Assembly: GCA_964359735.1 (NCBI GenBank)
Contig: CAYHTZ010000003.1
Coordinates: forward strand, 21,993-85,992
Reading direction: 5' to 3'
Source: an uncultured Candidatus Saccharibacteria bacterium
Lineage (GTDB): Bacteria; Patescibacteriota; Andersenbacteria; UBA10190
DNA: 64,000 bases
The position numbers and the translations under genes were made by a program. The notes beneath the pieces were generated by a model, which had not been told where the DNA came from, did no database searches, and worked only from the letters and a program-made list of their open reading frames with translations. The first letter of the stretch is position 1, and the number at the start of each line of letters is the position of its first letter. Of the stretch, positions 9,039 through 18,385 are shown one piece after another.

Positions 9039-9728
9039 ATGCGCGACATGGCGAGGGAAACAGAGAAAGTACCCATCGACCGACCATTTAATTTTAAAGA
9101 GGATGCCAACTGGCGGATTTTTCGCATTATGGCGGAGTTCGTCGAAGGCTTCGAGTTTTTAGCAGATCTGCGCAAAGAGGTGACGTTTTTTGGATCAGCA
9201 CGTTTCTCTGAGGAGTCCCGCTGGTACAAAGAGGCGCTGAAATTAGGGCGCCTGCTGGCCAAAGCTGGATTCACGGTGATCACGGGCGGGGGTCCGGGCA
9301 TTATGGAGGCCGGCAATCGAGGCGCCTATGAAGGCGGGGGGGAGTCGGTCGGTCTCGACATCGAATTACCAGCTGAACAGCGGCGCAACGCGTACGTGAA
9401 ACGCGGGATTGGATTCCACTACTTTTTCACACGCAAAGTTATGCTGAGAGCTTCTGCTCAAGCATATATCTTCTTCCCCGGAGGCTTTGGAACCGTGGAC
9501 GAATTTAGTGAGACAATTACGCTTATGCAGACTCAGAAAATGGAGCGCGTACCTGTTATCTGCATGGGCCGCGAGTTCTGGGAACCATTCCATGAGTGGG
9601 CGCGAACAATCATGCTCAGTAAGTTTGAAACCATCTCGCCTGAAGATCTTGACCTCTATACTATTGTGGATTCGGCAGAAGAAGTATTCGAGCTTATCAA
9701 GGATTCGCCAGAAAGAAAGTACTTTTGA
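9039..9728 (+). CDS. LOG family protein (TIGR00730; cytokinin riboside 5'-monophosphate phosphoribohydrolase-like Rossmann protein)
   Basis: 'VTFFGSARFSEES...VITGGGPGIMEAGNRGAYEGGGESVGL...FFPGGFGTVDEFSE' is the LOG/YvdD signature. Start set at ATG 9039 (AAGAGG just upstream); ATG 9048 is an alternative. The ORF-track start 8988 would overlap the previous gene. Confidence 0.85.
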   Translation: MRDMARETEKVPIDRPFNFKEDANWRIFRIMAEFVEGFEFLADLRKEVTFFGSARFSEESRWYKEALKLGRLLAKAGFTVITGGGPGIMEAGNRGAYEGGGESVGLDIELPAEQRRNAYVKRGIGFHYFFTRKVMLRASAQAYIFFPGGFGTVDEFSETITLMQTQKMERVPVICMGREFWEPFHEWARTIMLSKFETISPEDLDLYTIVDSAEEVFELIKDSPERKYF

Positions 9729-9773
9729 TCCACCAGTTTGAATCCAGTCAAGGGTCAGTGCTAGGCTTCTTGC

Positions 9774-11651
9774 ATGCGAAACATTAGTACAAATGAGCTG
9801 CGGGAACTCTACCAGCAATTCTTTGAGGGCAAAGGCCATACGCGGATTCCCAGCGCTCCGCTGGTGCCGGAGAACGACCCGACCACCCTTTTTACAGGAT
9901 CGGGAATGCAACCGCTCGTTCCGTACCTTTTAGGAGAGCCACACCCGCAAGGGAAGCGTCTCGTGAATTCGCAGAAATCATTTCGAGCCGAAGATATCGA
10001 GGAAATTGGTGACAACCGCCACACGACGTTTTTTGAAATGTTGGGCAACTGGTCACTCGGCGACTACTTCAAAGAAGAGCAGCTGTCGTGGATATTTGAG
10101 TTTTTGACTGAGGTGGTGGAGTTGGATCCCAGAAATTTATACGTAACTGTTTTTGCTGGCGATAAGAAAGCAAACATTCCCCGAGATACGGAATCCGTGG
10201 AAATTTGGAAGCGCTTGTTTCAAGAGAAGGGAATAGAAGCTCGTGACAGTGAGCTTCTCACTCCCCAGCAAGGAGGGCGGGAAGGCATGCAAGGAGGAAG
10301 AATTTTTTATTTCGGCGCTAGCAAAAATTGGTGGAGCAGAGCCGGACTCCCAGAGAACATGCCTCCCGGCGAGCCGGGCGGACCTGACTCCGAAATTTTC
10401 TATGATTTTGGAGCAGAGCATAATAGCGCTTTTGGCGAGCATTGCCATCCCAACTGCGATTGTGGCCGATTTATGGAAATTGGGAACTCTGTTTTCATGG
10501 AGTTTGTGAAACAGGCGGATGGCAGTTTTGTCTCTCTTCCTCAGAAAAACGTTGACTTCGGCGGCGGACTGGAGCGTATGGTGGCGGCGGCCCAACACAC
10601 TCCAGATATTTTTTCCGCGGTTGATCCATTGCGAGCGATCATTGAGCACATTGAGAACACGACTCACACCACCTATCAGAGCTCCGCGAACAAGGCTTCC
10701 TACCGGATCATGGCGGACCATATGCGTGCGGTGACGCTCCTTATCGGTGATGGCGTAGCTCCCTCGAACACGGATCGAGGATACGTGGTGCGTCGGTTGA
10801 TTCGACGCGCCGCGTACCACGCCCAGAAGCTAGCGGCTGAGGATGCTATCATCCAGCGGCTGGCCAACGTGGTCGCCGACCAATATGCCTCTGCCTACCC
10901 AGATGTAAAAAAACAATCGCGTCAGGTGGGGCACGCTATTCGGGAGGAAGTGCAAAAGTTTGGCGTGAGCTTGCGGCGGGCGCTAGTCAAGCTGGAGACC
11001 ATCTTAAACAAAGAATCGGGAATTTCTGGAGCAGAGATCTTCGAACTCAACACTGCCCATGGACTGCCACTCGATGCGATTTGGGATCGTCTCAAAGAGA
11101 GGAATATTCCCATCGGCTCAGGTGTTCAGGAGGACGTTCGGCGTAGGATTGCCGACCACCGGGAGAAATCCCGCACAGCGGGGACAGGGAAGTTTAAAGG
11201 AGGACTGGCTGACCACTCGGAAAAATCTGTCCACTACCACACGGCCACGCATTTGCTGCACCAGGCGCTGCGGGACGTGCTGGGAGAACATGTCTTTCAA
11301 AAGGGTAGCAATATTACGCCCGAGAGGCTCCGATTCGACTTTTCGCACACGGACAAAATGACACCCGACCAAATTCAGAAAATAGAAAACCTGGTGAACC
11401 AGAAAATCCAGGAGGATTTGCTCGTCCTCCGCGAGGAGACGACAGTCGCGGAAGCGAAGCAGAAGGGGGCGCTGGGCTTATTTGAAGAAAAGTATGCCGA
11501 CCGTGTGAGTGTATACTCTATGGGGAATTACTCCTGCGAAATTTGCGGGGGTCCGCATGTGGCACACACGGGGGAGTTGGGTCATTTCAAGATTACGAAG
11601 GAAGAGTCTGCCGGGGCTGGTGTACGCCGGATAAAAGCCGTATTAGAGTAG
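9774..11651 (+). CDS. alaS: Alanine--tRNA ligase (short form, 625 aa; catalytic + editing domains, C-terminal C-Ala domain apparently absent)
   Basis: N-terminal 'FFEGKGHTRIPSAPLVPENDPTTLFTGSGMQP...FEMLGNWSLGDYFKEE'. Editing-domain 'HTATHLLHQALRDVLG...GGPHVAHTGELG'. Confidence 0.9.
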   Translation: MRNISTNELRELYQQFFEGKGHTRIPSAPLVPENDPTTLFTGSGMQPLVPYLLGEPHPQGKRLVNSQKSFRAEDIEEIGDNRHTTFFEMLGNWSLGDYFKEEQLSWIFEFLTEVVELDPRNLYVTVFAGDKKANIPRDTESVEIWKRLFQEKGIEARDSELLTPQQGGREGMQGGRIFYFGASKNWWSRAGLPENMPPGEPGGPDSEIFYDFGAEHNSAFGEHCHPNCDCGRFMEIGNSVFMEFVKQADGSFVSLPQKNVDFGGGLERMVAAAQHTPDIFSAVDPLRAIIEHIENTTHTTYQSSANKASYRIMADHMRAVTLLIGDGVAPSNTDRGYVVRRLIRRAAYHAQKLAAEDAIIQRLANVVADQYASAYPDVKKQSRQVGHAIREEVQKFGVSLRRALVKLETILNKESGISGAEIFELNTAHGLPLDAIWDRLKERNIPIGSGVQEDVRRRIADHREKSRTAGTGKFKGGLADHSEKSVHYHTATHLLHQALRDVLGEHVFQKGSNITPERLRFDFSHTDKMTPDQIQKIENLVNQKIQEDLLVLREETTVAEAKQKGALGLFEEKYADRVSVYSMGNYSCEICGGPHVAHTGELGHFKITKEESAGAGVRRIKAVLE

Positions 11652-11655
11652 ATAT

Positions 11656-13020
11656 ATGCGGGATATTCGACCGGTACCTAAAAAACCTCCACTCGGAGGC
11701 ATGCCGCTGCCCAGCGAAGATGAGCTCTATGAAGTATCGCAATCGGCGAAGCAGCGGGGAAGCGAGCGAGCTTCAGTGCCAAGTAAAGCGCTGCGCGGGT
11801 CGCAAGTGCCGGTAACGAATGTGCACGTACCCGCTGAACCATCCCGGCCCCTGTTTGCGAAGGCACCACTCAGGGAGAAGAAACCTAAAACTCGCATCCG
11901 GCTGGGGAGCAAGGAGCGAGCGGCGGTATTAGTCCTCCTTTTAATTGTCGTGGTGGTGGTTTTGCTCAGTGCGGCTATTTTTTTGCCGCGAGCAGACGTT
12001 AAATTGATTTTACGAACGGCACCTCTTTTAGTGGATGAAGACCTGATTGTCCGCGCGGCGGCGGACGGCCCGAATGTTATTCCCGGAGCAACTTTTTTCC
12101 GACAGGTGTCAGTAGAAGGAACTGTCCCGGTCGAAAGTACCGAAATCGTGGGTACGAAGGCGACGGGCACGGTGCAGATTGTAAATCGCACTACTCAAGA
12201 GCAAAAAATCCGCGACAGAAGCCGGCTCATGACGAAAGAAGGGGTACTTTTTTACATGACACGGCATGTCATAGTTGCGCCGGACTCAAGAGCCAGCGTG
12301 GAAGTGGAGGCGGCCGAGGCGGGAGAAGTGGGGAATATTGCGCCGCAGCGGCTTAACTTTGCCGCACTCGACGCCTCGGCTCAGTCGGTAGTGTATGCCG
12401 AAGCAACCGCGGCCATCTCCGGCGGCAAGGGCGAGGAAGTGCGTGTGGTGCGTGAAGAAGATATTGAACGAGCCAGGATAGCCGCCAAAGAAGCCGCCCG
12501 CGCCAAGGTCCAAGAAGAAATTCAAAAAGAACTGCCCAGCGGCTGGGTGCTCCTGGAAGAGAGTTGGACAGCTGATTACGACTCTTTCAAGACAGACGGT
12601 GAGGTAGGCAGCCGGCAACCACAAATTGCTTACTCAGGCAATGCCACGGTACGCGTCTTAGGCTATGAATCAGCCAGGTTAGAAGAGCGTCTCCGCGCTG
12701 CGTTGGAAGAGAGGATCGACCAGGATTACGCGCTCTTCCCGGGGCCAATTTCCTACTCGAAAACAGTGAAAAGCGTGGATTGGGAGAAGGGAGAAGGGGT
12801 AATCGCGACCCGCGTCACCCACACTACGATTCCTGATTTTTCTTTAGAAACTCTCAAGGGGAAAATTGCGCGGCGTGGCGCAGATGAGGCGAAAACGTAC
12901 CTCGAAGGGCTTCCCGGGGTGCAGCGGGTAGAGCTGGCTTTTTCACCCTTCTGGGTGCGTTCGATCCCACGGATTGAAAAGCGAATTAACCTGGAAGTGA
13001 TCCCGGAGCGCCAGCCCTAA
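11656..13020 (+). CDS. Hypothetical membrane-anchored protein (basic cytoplasmic N-tail, single TM, large extracytoplasmic domain)
   Basis: ORF of 454 aa with TM 'AAVLVLLLIVVVVVLLSAAIFL'. No recognised domain. Confidence 0.5.
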   Translation: MRDIRPVPKKPPLGGMPLPSEDELYEVSQSAKQRGSERASVPSKALRGSQVPVTNVHVPAEPSRPLFAKAPLREKKPKTRIRLGSKERAAVLVLLLIVVVVVLLSAAIFLPRADVKLILRTAPLLVDEDLIVRAAADGPNVIPGATFFRQVSVEGTVPVESTEIVGTKATGTVQIVNRTTQEQKIRDRSRLMTKEGVLFYMTRHVIVAPDSRASVEVEAAEAGEVGNIAPQRLNFAALDASAQSVVYAEATAAISGGKGEEVRVVREEDIERARIAAKEAARAKVQEEIQKELPSGWVLLEESWTADYDSFKTDGEVGSRQPQIAYSGNATVRVLGYESARLEERLRAALEERIDQDYALFPGPISYSKTVKSVDWEKGEGVIATRVTHTTIPDFSLETLKGKIARRGADEAKTYLEGLPGVQRVELAFSPFWVRSIPRIEKRINLEVIPERQP

Positions 13021-13130
13021 GGGAATTTGACAGCCCGGAGGCTTCTCCTTATAGTGCTTCTATCTGCATTACAAGCTTTTGGGTTGAAGCAGAGGAAAGA
13101 GCTTATGCTCTTCGACTCCGCTCAGAGTAA

Positions 13131-13160
13131 GCCCGCTTGAAGTGCGGGTAATTTAATTTT
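13131..13160 (+). terminator. Weak hairpin (GCCCGC-ttgaagt-GCGGGT) followed by a T-rich tract; possible terminator after the 11656-13020 gene
   Basis: Seen in sequence. 6-bp stem including one G-U, then 'aatttaatttt'. Stability is modest. Confidence 0.3.
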
Positions 13161-13171
13161 AAGTACCCAGT

Positions 13172-13390
13172 CTGCCTAAAAGCGATTTCGTAGAGATTGA
13201 GGGGGTAATCACCGATACTCTTCCCAGCACGCAATTCCGCGTCAAGCTGGAAACAGGACAAGAAGTGATTGCCCATCTTTCCGGTAAGATGCGCCTTCAT
13301 AGAATCCGGGTTCTGCCTGGGGACCGCGTACGGGTCGCTTTCTCGCCGTACGATCTTACTAAAGGGAGAATTGTCAGCAGACTAGAGTGA
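13172..13390 (+). CDS. infA: Translation initiation factor IF-1 (no canonical start codon; CTG at 13172 proposed)
   Basis: In-frame translation '(L)[71 protein letters not shown]' is a full-length IF-1 (S1-like OB fold). Absent from the ORF track because there is no ATG/GTG/TTG between the upstream TAA (13160-13162) and the conserved N-terminus. Confidence 0.8.
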   Translation: MPKSDFVEIEGVITDTLPSTQFRVKLETGQEVIAHLSGKMRLHRIRVLPGDRVRVAFSPYDLTKGRIVSRLE

Positions 13391-13392
13391 TT

Positions 13393-13506
13393 ATGAAAGT
13401 GCAAGCTTCCGTTAAAAGACGTTGTACGAAGTGCAAAATTGTCCGCCGCAGCGGCAAGTTGTACGTGATTTGCGACAATCCTAAACATAAGCAAAGACAG
13501 GGATAG
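13393..13506 (+). CDS. rpmJ: 50S ribosomal protein L36
   Basis: '[37 protein letters not shown]', 37 aa, C4-type zinc-binding L36 signature. Not in the ORF track (below length cut-off). Confidence 0.92.
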   Translation: MKVQASVKRRCTKCKIVRRSGKLYVICDNPKHKQRQG

Positions 13507-13508
13507 CT

Positions 13509-13901
13509 ATGCCAGTCCGTATTTCAGGAATTAACCTCCCCGACCAGAAGCGCATCGAAATTGCGCTCATGAGTATTTACGGTATCGGCCGAAAATTATC
13601 TGGCGCAATTTTACAGGAACTGGCGATTGACCCGAATGCTAAAACGCGCGATCTCACTTCTACCGAAGAACACAAGCTGCGCGAATACATCGAGAAAAAC
13701 CTCAAAGTTGAAGGAGACCTCAAGCGGGAGGTCGCCATGAATGTGAAGCACTTAAAAGATATCGGCAGCTTGCGCGGCACGCGGCACGCGAAACACCTAC
13801 CCGTACGCGGGCAGCGTACCCGCACGAATTCCCGCACGGTACGCGGCAACGTCAGGCGAACCGCCGGCAGCGGCCGTAAGGCATCGGCAGAAAAGACATA
13901 A
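13509..13901 (+). CDS. rpsM: 30S ribosomal protein S13
   Basis: 'RISGINLPDQKRIEIALMSIYGIGRKLSGAIL', C-terminal basic tail. Conserved rpmJ-rpsM-rpsK-rpsD-rpoA-rplQ order. Confidence 0.95.
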   Translation: MPVRISGINLPDQKRIEIALMSIYGIGRKLSGAILQELAIDPNAKTRDLTSTEEHKLREYIEKNLKVEGDLKREVAMNVKHLKDIGSLRGTRHAKHLPVRGQRTRTNSRTVRGNVRRTAGSGRKASAEKT

Positions 13902-13902
13902 T

Positions 13903-14292
13903 ATGGCAGAACCGAAGACAAAGAAAAAGGCAAAGGCACGACGCAAAGTTCGTGAAGGGAAGGTATTTATCCAATCCACGTATAACAATACGATTGTGAC
14001 GGTAACCGATACCTCTGGAAACGTGTTGGTCTCAAGCAGCGCCGGCCGGGTGGGATTCTCGGGGGCAAGAAAGGCAACGCCCTTTGCCGCACAGCAGGTA
14101 GTAACCAATATCGTGGAGCAGCTTCAGCCCATTGGACTGGAAGAAGTGCGTGTGTATGTGAAAGGCATCGGTTCGGCTCGCGAAGCGGCTGTGCGCAGCC
14201 TCTCCGGGGCCGGCCTCACTATTGCTTCAATTCGGGATATTACGCCGATTCCTCACAACGGGGTACGGCCTAAGAAACGACGGAGGGTATAA
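13903..14292 (+). CDS. rpsK: 30S ribosomal protein S11
   Basis: 'GKVFIQSTYNNTIVTVTDTSGNVLVSSSAGRVGFSGARKATPFAAQ'. Confidence 0.95.
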   Translation: MAEPKTKKKAKARRKVREGKVFIQSTYNNTIVTVTDTSGNVLVSSSAGRVGFSGARKATPFAAQQVVTNIVEQLQPIGLEEVRVYVKGIGSAREAAVRSLSGAGLTIASIRDITPIPHNGVRPKKRRRV

Positions 14293-14293
14293 T

Positions 14294-14812
14294 ATGCCGC
14301 TTCCCACTCAACAACACCAACGGCGGCGCCCCACCAGCAGATACGCACAGCAAATGCTGGAAAAGCAATCCTTAAAAGAAATTTACGGGCTGAGAGAAGA
14401 GCAGCTCAAGACATACTACCGCCAGGCGCTCTCCGCTCGCGGGGAAACCGGCCCATACATCATTCGGATGCTGGAGAGGCGGTTGGATAACGCTGTCTTT
14501 CGCTCGGGGATTGCACAAACCCGCCCACAAGCGCGGCAAATGGTGACACACGGGTTGTTCTTGGTAAATGGGCGCGGGGCGGATATCCCTTCCCGTCGGC
14601 TTACAGTAGGAGATGTGATCGCCATTAAAGAAGGGAAGCGCAAGAAAGCATTATTCGATAATTTCGAAAAGCGCATGCAGGGCGCGCGCCTCCCGAACTG
14701 GCTGGCGCTCGATGTAAAAGGGTACGGCTTCAAGGTAGTCGGCGAGCCGGCTCCAGAGGAAGCGGCTATCGGCGTGGATATTCGCGCCGTCGTGGAATTC
14801 TTCGCACGTTAA
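14294..14812 (+). CDS. rpsD: 30S ribosomal protein S4 (N-terminal zinc-finger region absent)
   Basis: 'LKEIYGLREEQLKTYYRQALSARGETGPYIIRMLERRLDNAVFRSGIAQTRPQARQMVTHGLFLVNGRGADIPS'. Start at ATG 14294 with GGAGGG 6 nt upstream. Confidence 0.9.
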   Translation: MPLPTQQHQRRRPTSRYAQQMLEKQSLKEIYGLREEQLKTYYRQALSARGETGPYIIRMLERRLDNAVFRSGIAQTRPQARQMVTHGLFLVNGRGADIPSRRLTVGDVIAIKEGKRKKALFDNFEKRMQGARLPNWLALDVKGYGFKVVGEPAPEEAAIGVDIRAVVEFFAR

Positions 14813-14838
14813 TTTTTAATTTCTTAACACAAGCTCTT

Positions 14839-15816
14839 ATGTTGTACCCCATCTACCTCCCCTCCCATGTGGAAATTGAGGATCACGGGAACTCCTCAGC
14901 CACCTTTACTATTCACCCATACCACCCTGGCTACGGGCCCACGGTGGCCAATGCGCTCCGGCGCGTACTGCTCTCCTCCCTTCCCGGGGCGGCCATCACC
15001 TCTATAAAAGTTGAGGGGGTTGACCATGAATTCACCACGATTCCAGGCATTAAAGAAGATATCGTGAGTCTCATCATGAACTTAAAACGCGTGCGGCTCA
15101 AAACTGAGTTGGAATCTCCAGTGGAAATCCGCCTCATAGTCTCGGGGGAGAAGCGGGCTACCGCTGGTGACTTTGAAACCCCACCCGAAGTTACGGTTGT
15201 GAACAAAGACCAACTCGTTGCGACGTTGACTGATAGCAAGGCTAAGCTTGAACTGCGCTGTACGGTGGAAGCAGGCCGCGGGTACCTCCCGGTTGAGGAA
15301 CGACGCGATGAGGCGCGGGCGATCGGCACGATTGCCATTGATGCGGTATTTACACCCGTGCAGAGAGTGAGCTTCAAAATTGAAAATGTGCGTGTTGGCC
15401 AAGACACGAACTACCATAAACTGCACCTGACCGTAGTCACCGACGGCACTATTACACCCCAGCAAGCATTACAACAGGCGGCATCTGTTTTGACGGACCA
15501 TTTCCAAGATTTAACTGGGGACTTTGCGGCGCGCCTCACTGCCTCGCGTCCTCAGGATGTTGTGCAGCCAGCACCGCTCCCAGAGATGAAGGAGCCGGAA
15601 AACACTTTGAGTCTGCTGCAGCTGCCTTCCCGCGTGCACAATGCACTCGAGCGAGTGGGAGTCACCACCGTAGAGCAAGTCTTGGAGCTTACCCCCGAAC
15701 AAATTCAGGATATTCCCGGGCTCGGCGCTAAGGCTGTAGACGACATTGCGAAGGCGCGGGACAGCTATGTGGCTACGGGAGGAAATGTATTTGGAGGCGC
15801 CAGCCATGAAGCATAA
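14839..15816 (+). CDS. rpoA: DNA-directed RNA polymerase subunit alpha
   Basis: N-terminal domain 'GPTVANALRRVLLSSLPGAAITSIKVEGVDHEFTTIPG'. C-terminal alpha-CTD 'LSLLQLPSRVHNALERVGVTTVEQVLELTPEQIQDIPGLG'. Confidence 0.95.
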   Translation: MLYPIYLPSHVEIEDHGNSSATFTIHPYHPGYGPTVANALRRVLLSSLPGAAITSIKVEGVDHEFTTIPGIKEDIVSLIMNLKRVRLKTELESPVEIRLIVSGEKRATAGDFETPPEVTVVNKDQLVATLTDSKAKLELRCTVEAGRGYLPVEERRDEARAIGTIAIDAVFTPVQRVSFKIENVRVGQDTNYHKLHLTVVTDGTITPQQALQQAASVLTDHFQDLTGDFAARLTASRPQDVVQPAPLPEMKEPENTLSLLQLPSRVHNALERVGVTTVEQVLELTPEQIQDIPGLGAKAVDDIAKARDSYVATGGNVFGGASHEA

Positions 15817-16174
15817 ACATGGCAATCGAATACTGAGCCGAGTGGCGGCCGACCGCCGACAGCTTCTCTCAAACTTAGCCGGAGCGGTACTTCGCCATGG
15901 TTCAATTGTGACCAGCGAAGCGAAGGGAAAGGAGCTCAAGAAGTTCCTCGAACCGCTGATTACCAAGGCCCGAAAGGGGACCAGTCTGCACGTCAGACGG
16001 AAACTCTTGAGCAGTCTCTTTCATCAAGAAGACGTAGAGCGGCTTTTTGCAGTGGCTCGTGCCAATGCGGAGAGAGCAGGGGGGTATTTGAGACTGACCC
16101 GCCTGCCGGCGCGGCGCGGGGATGACGGGCAAGAGGTACGAGTTGACATCATTGATACCGAAGCGAAAGAATAA
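15806..16174 (+). CDS. rplQ: 50S ribosomal protein L17
   Basis: 'MKHKHGNRILSRVAADRRQLLSNLAGAVLRHGSIVTSEAKGKELKKFLEPLITKAR'. ATG 15806 with GGAGG upstream. Overlaps rpoA end by 11 nt. Confidence 0.9.
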   Translation: MKHKHGNRILSRVAADRRQLLSNLAGAVLRHGSIVTSEAKGKELKKFLEPLITKARKGTSLHVRRKLLSSLFHQEDVERLFAVARANAERAGGYLRLTRLPARRGDDGQEVRVDIIDTEAKE

Positions 16175-16182
16175 AGGTTTTT

Positions 16183-16638
16183 ATGGCTACGAAGAAACAA
16201 GGTAGGCAGGAGGCCAAACACCATGAGGCGGCGGCTGACACATCCGAATGGCATCTTCTAGATGCCAAAAACAAGATTCTCGGACGGCTCGCCAGCGAAG
16301 TGGCTCATCTCCTCTTGGGCAAGCACCGCGCTGATTTTGCCAAACATGTTATCCCCTCTGTGAATGTGATAGTGATTAACGCTAAAGACGTGGCTGTCAC
16401 AGGCCGCAAGGAAACGCAAAAGCTCTACCGCCACCATACGGGGTACCCAGGGCATCTCAAGGAGCGGACGCTGGCGGAACAGCGTAGGCGCGACCCACGC
16501 CGGATTGTGCAACTGGCTGTGCAAGGGATGCTGCCGAAAAATGGCTTGCGCAAAGCGCGCATGAGCCATCTCAAGGTATACGCCGGGGCTGAGCACCCGC
16601 ATATGGCCCAAGTCGAAAAAGTAGTAAGTAGTAAGTAG
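16183..16638 (+). CDS. rplM: 50S ribosomal protein L13
   Basis: 'WHLLDAKNKILGRLASEVAHLLLGKHRADFAKHVIPSVNVIVINAKDVAVTGRKETQKLYRHHTGYPG'. Confidence 0.95.
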   Translation: MATKKQGRQEAKHHEAAADTSEWHLLDAKNKILGRLASEVAHLLLGKHRADFAKHVIPSVNVIVINAKDVAVTGRKETQKLYRHHTGYPGHLKERTLAEQRRRDPRRIVQLAVQGMLPKNGLRKARMSHLKVYAGAEHPHMAQVEKVVSSK

Positions 16639-16651
16639 TAAGTATCAAGCT

Positions 16652-17047
16652 ATGGTAGAGAAATCACAATTATATGGATTAGGCAGGCGTAAGACGGCGA
16701 TTGCTAAAGTTGTCCTCGTCCCTGATGCAGAAGAGCGCACTGTCAACGGCCAACCTTTTTTGAATTATTTCCCCACGATTAGCATGCAGCAGCGGGCTTT
16801 GCTTCCCTTGAACGTAACTTCCCAAGAAGCAAAATTTGGTTTTCAGGTCAAGGTGGTCGGTGGCGGCAAACACGGCCAAGCCGATGCAGTCCGGCTTGGG
16901 ATTGCTCGGGCGCTCCTTAAAGTTGACGAAGGTTGGCGTAAGCAACTCCGGGCGTCTGGCCTCTTAACCCGCGACCCGCGCGCTAAAGAGCGCAAGAAAC
17001 CCGGCTTAAAACGCGCTCGCCGCGCTCCACAGTTCAGCAAGCGGTAG
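16652..17047 (+). CDS. rpsI: 30S ribosomal protein S9
   Basis: 'YGLGRRKTAIAKVVL...GGGKHGQADAVRLGIARALL...RDPRAKERKKPGLKRARRAPQFSKR'. Confidence 0.95.
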   Translation: MVEKSQLYGLGRRKTAIAKVVLVPDAEERTVNGQPFLNYFPTISMQQRALLPLNVTSQEAKFGFQVKVVGGGKHGQADAVRLGIARALLKVDEGWRKQLRASGLLTRDPRAKERKKPGLKRARRAPQFSKR

Positions 17048-17062
17048 AGGCCCGCACAATCA

Positions 17063-18385
17063 TCACTCAAGCACCAGACGCGCTCGCACCAGCGAAGTTA
17101 CTCCGGTAGGGTTGCGTTTCAGGTAGTAGAGCCGCTCTCCGTCCTCACCTACGGCGACGGCCGCGTCACTCAAATTGGTAGAGTCAATGACATGGCTTTG
17201 CGCATGATCGCGCGTGTCAATTTCAGTTAGCACAACCTGATCTCCTACTTGGTAGATTAAGTGTTGCCCGCCGGCAAACCACTGGGGATGGCGAATGATT
17301 TGTGAAAGGCGAGTGACTAAATGTAGGCGGTGAGCGGGCACATGGGATAAGCGTTCGTCGCTGATATTGTAGACTACCAGCTCATTGGGAGCTGTCTGTA
17401 TGTACAAAAGTTGGCCATCGGGCGAGAACCCGAGTGAGGAGGCAGAGGCGACGAGAGGCTGGAATTTGTCTTCCTCCAACAGCTCGACACTGCCGTCGGC
17501 GTACCAAACTGCAGTACGATCCTCCGGAGAAGTGATCAGGCGCGCGACCGGCCGGGTGAGTTTCACACTTGGTCCGCCGACGGCTTCGCCAAGGAGCGTA
17601 AGCCGCCTGATCTCTTGGCTGGCCGTAGCTATGTATATTTCTTGCTTACTGAGAGAAAAGACGGACACGTTTTCGGCTATGATATGTTGCTGTCCAGTAC
17701 TGCTATCATAGGCACGAAGTACCTTCTGAGAAGTCAGAAAAAGGAGTTTCCCCGGAGTCCGCGGATCCCAGGCAATGGCGTCAGGAGACGCCAAAGTAGG
17801 AAGAGGCAACGTATGCCGTGCGCCCTCCGTCAGGGAAATAAGATCGAAGCGACTATTTGAATAGCTCACCAAGAGCAGCGTGCTATCCGGCGACCACAAA
17901 AGACTTCGCGGAGTAGCCAGCAGCTTCAGTGGGGGCAGGATCAAGTCATGATCTTCATCTTGCACAGCCAGGGTATCCTTCTCGGTTGAGGCCACGAGAG
18001 CCCGACTGGGGGACAACGTAAAATGGGTGGTGTTGGGAACAAACTCCTCTGAGGAAACTGCTTCCGGAATGAGCCTGATTGCCCGGGCTTCGCTCGTGAT
18101 ACCGGTCACCAAGGGCAGGCGCTTTCCCCAGGGGCGGTACCCCTCATGCTCTATCGCGACATCTACGACTACGCCTCCGCGCCCTGAGACGGTATACGGA
18201 GTAGTGCCTTGGTAGGTACCATCCACGAGCACCCGTGCCCCACTGGGGATTGACTCCAGTAGCAAGACCCCTACGCGTTCACTGGCCGGGCGAAAGCCCA
18301 AGGCGTAGAACACGACCGCCGGCGTTATCAAAATAAACACCACGAAACACACGGCGAGGAGGAAGAGGCGGAAACGTCGATTCAT
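17063..18385 (-). CDS. Membrane-anchored PEGA-domain + TolB-like beta-propeller (PD40/WD40-like) protein
   Basis: N-terminal TM. 'LESIPSGARVLVDGTYQGTTPYTV' is a PEGA-type motif. The remainder is repetitive beta-propeller-like sequence. Confidence 0.55.
   Translation of the reverse strand: MNRRFRLFLLAVCFVVFILITPAVVFYALGFRPASERVGVLLLESIPSGARVLVDGTYQGTTPYTVSGRGGVVVDVAIEHEGYRPWGKRLPLVTGITSEARAIRLIPEAVSSEEFVPNTTHFTLSPSRALVASTEKDTLAVQDEDHDLILPPLKLLATPRSLLWSPDSTLLLVSYSNSRFDLISLTEGARHTLPLPTLASPDAIAWDPRTPGKLLFLTSQKVLRAYDSSTGQQHIIAENVSVFSLSKQEIYIATASQEIRRLTLLGEAVGGPSVKLTRPVARLITSPEDRTAVWYADGSVELLEEDKFQPLVASASSLGFSPDGQLLYIQTAPNELVVYNISDERLSHVPAHRLHLVTRLSQIIRHPQWFAGGQHLIYQVGDQVVLTEIDTRDHAQSHVIDSTNLSDAAVAVGEDGERLYYLKRNPTGVTSLVRARLVLE

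Noticed and set aside
8447-9316. Long antisense ORFs (e.g. 8447-9316 -, 36570-37328 -, 33517-34086 -, 6649-7245 -, 10137-10820 -) overlapping well-supported genes
   Set aside because: High GC content suppresses stop codons on the opposite strand. Their translations are Arg/Ala/Pro-rich low-complexity and they overlap genes with strong homology signatures (T4CP-like, mreB, rseP, alaS). Treated as artefacts.
9729-9773. tRNA-like T-loop sequence 'CAGTTTGAATCCAG' between the LOG gene and alaS
   Set aside because: No acceptor/D/anticodon arms can be folded around it, and the whole gap is only 45 nt. Coincidental.
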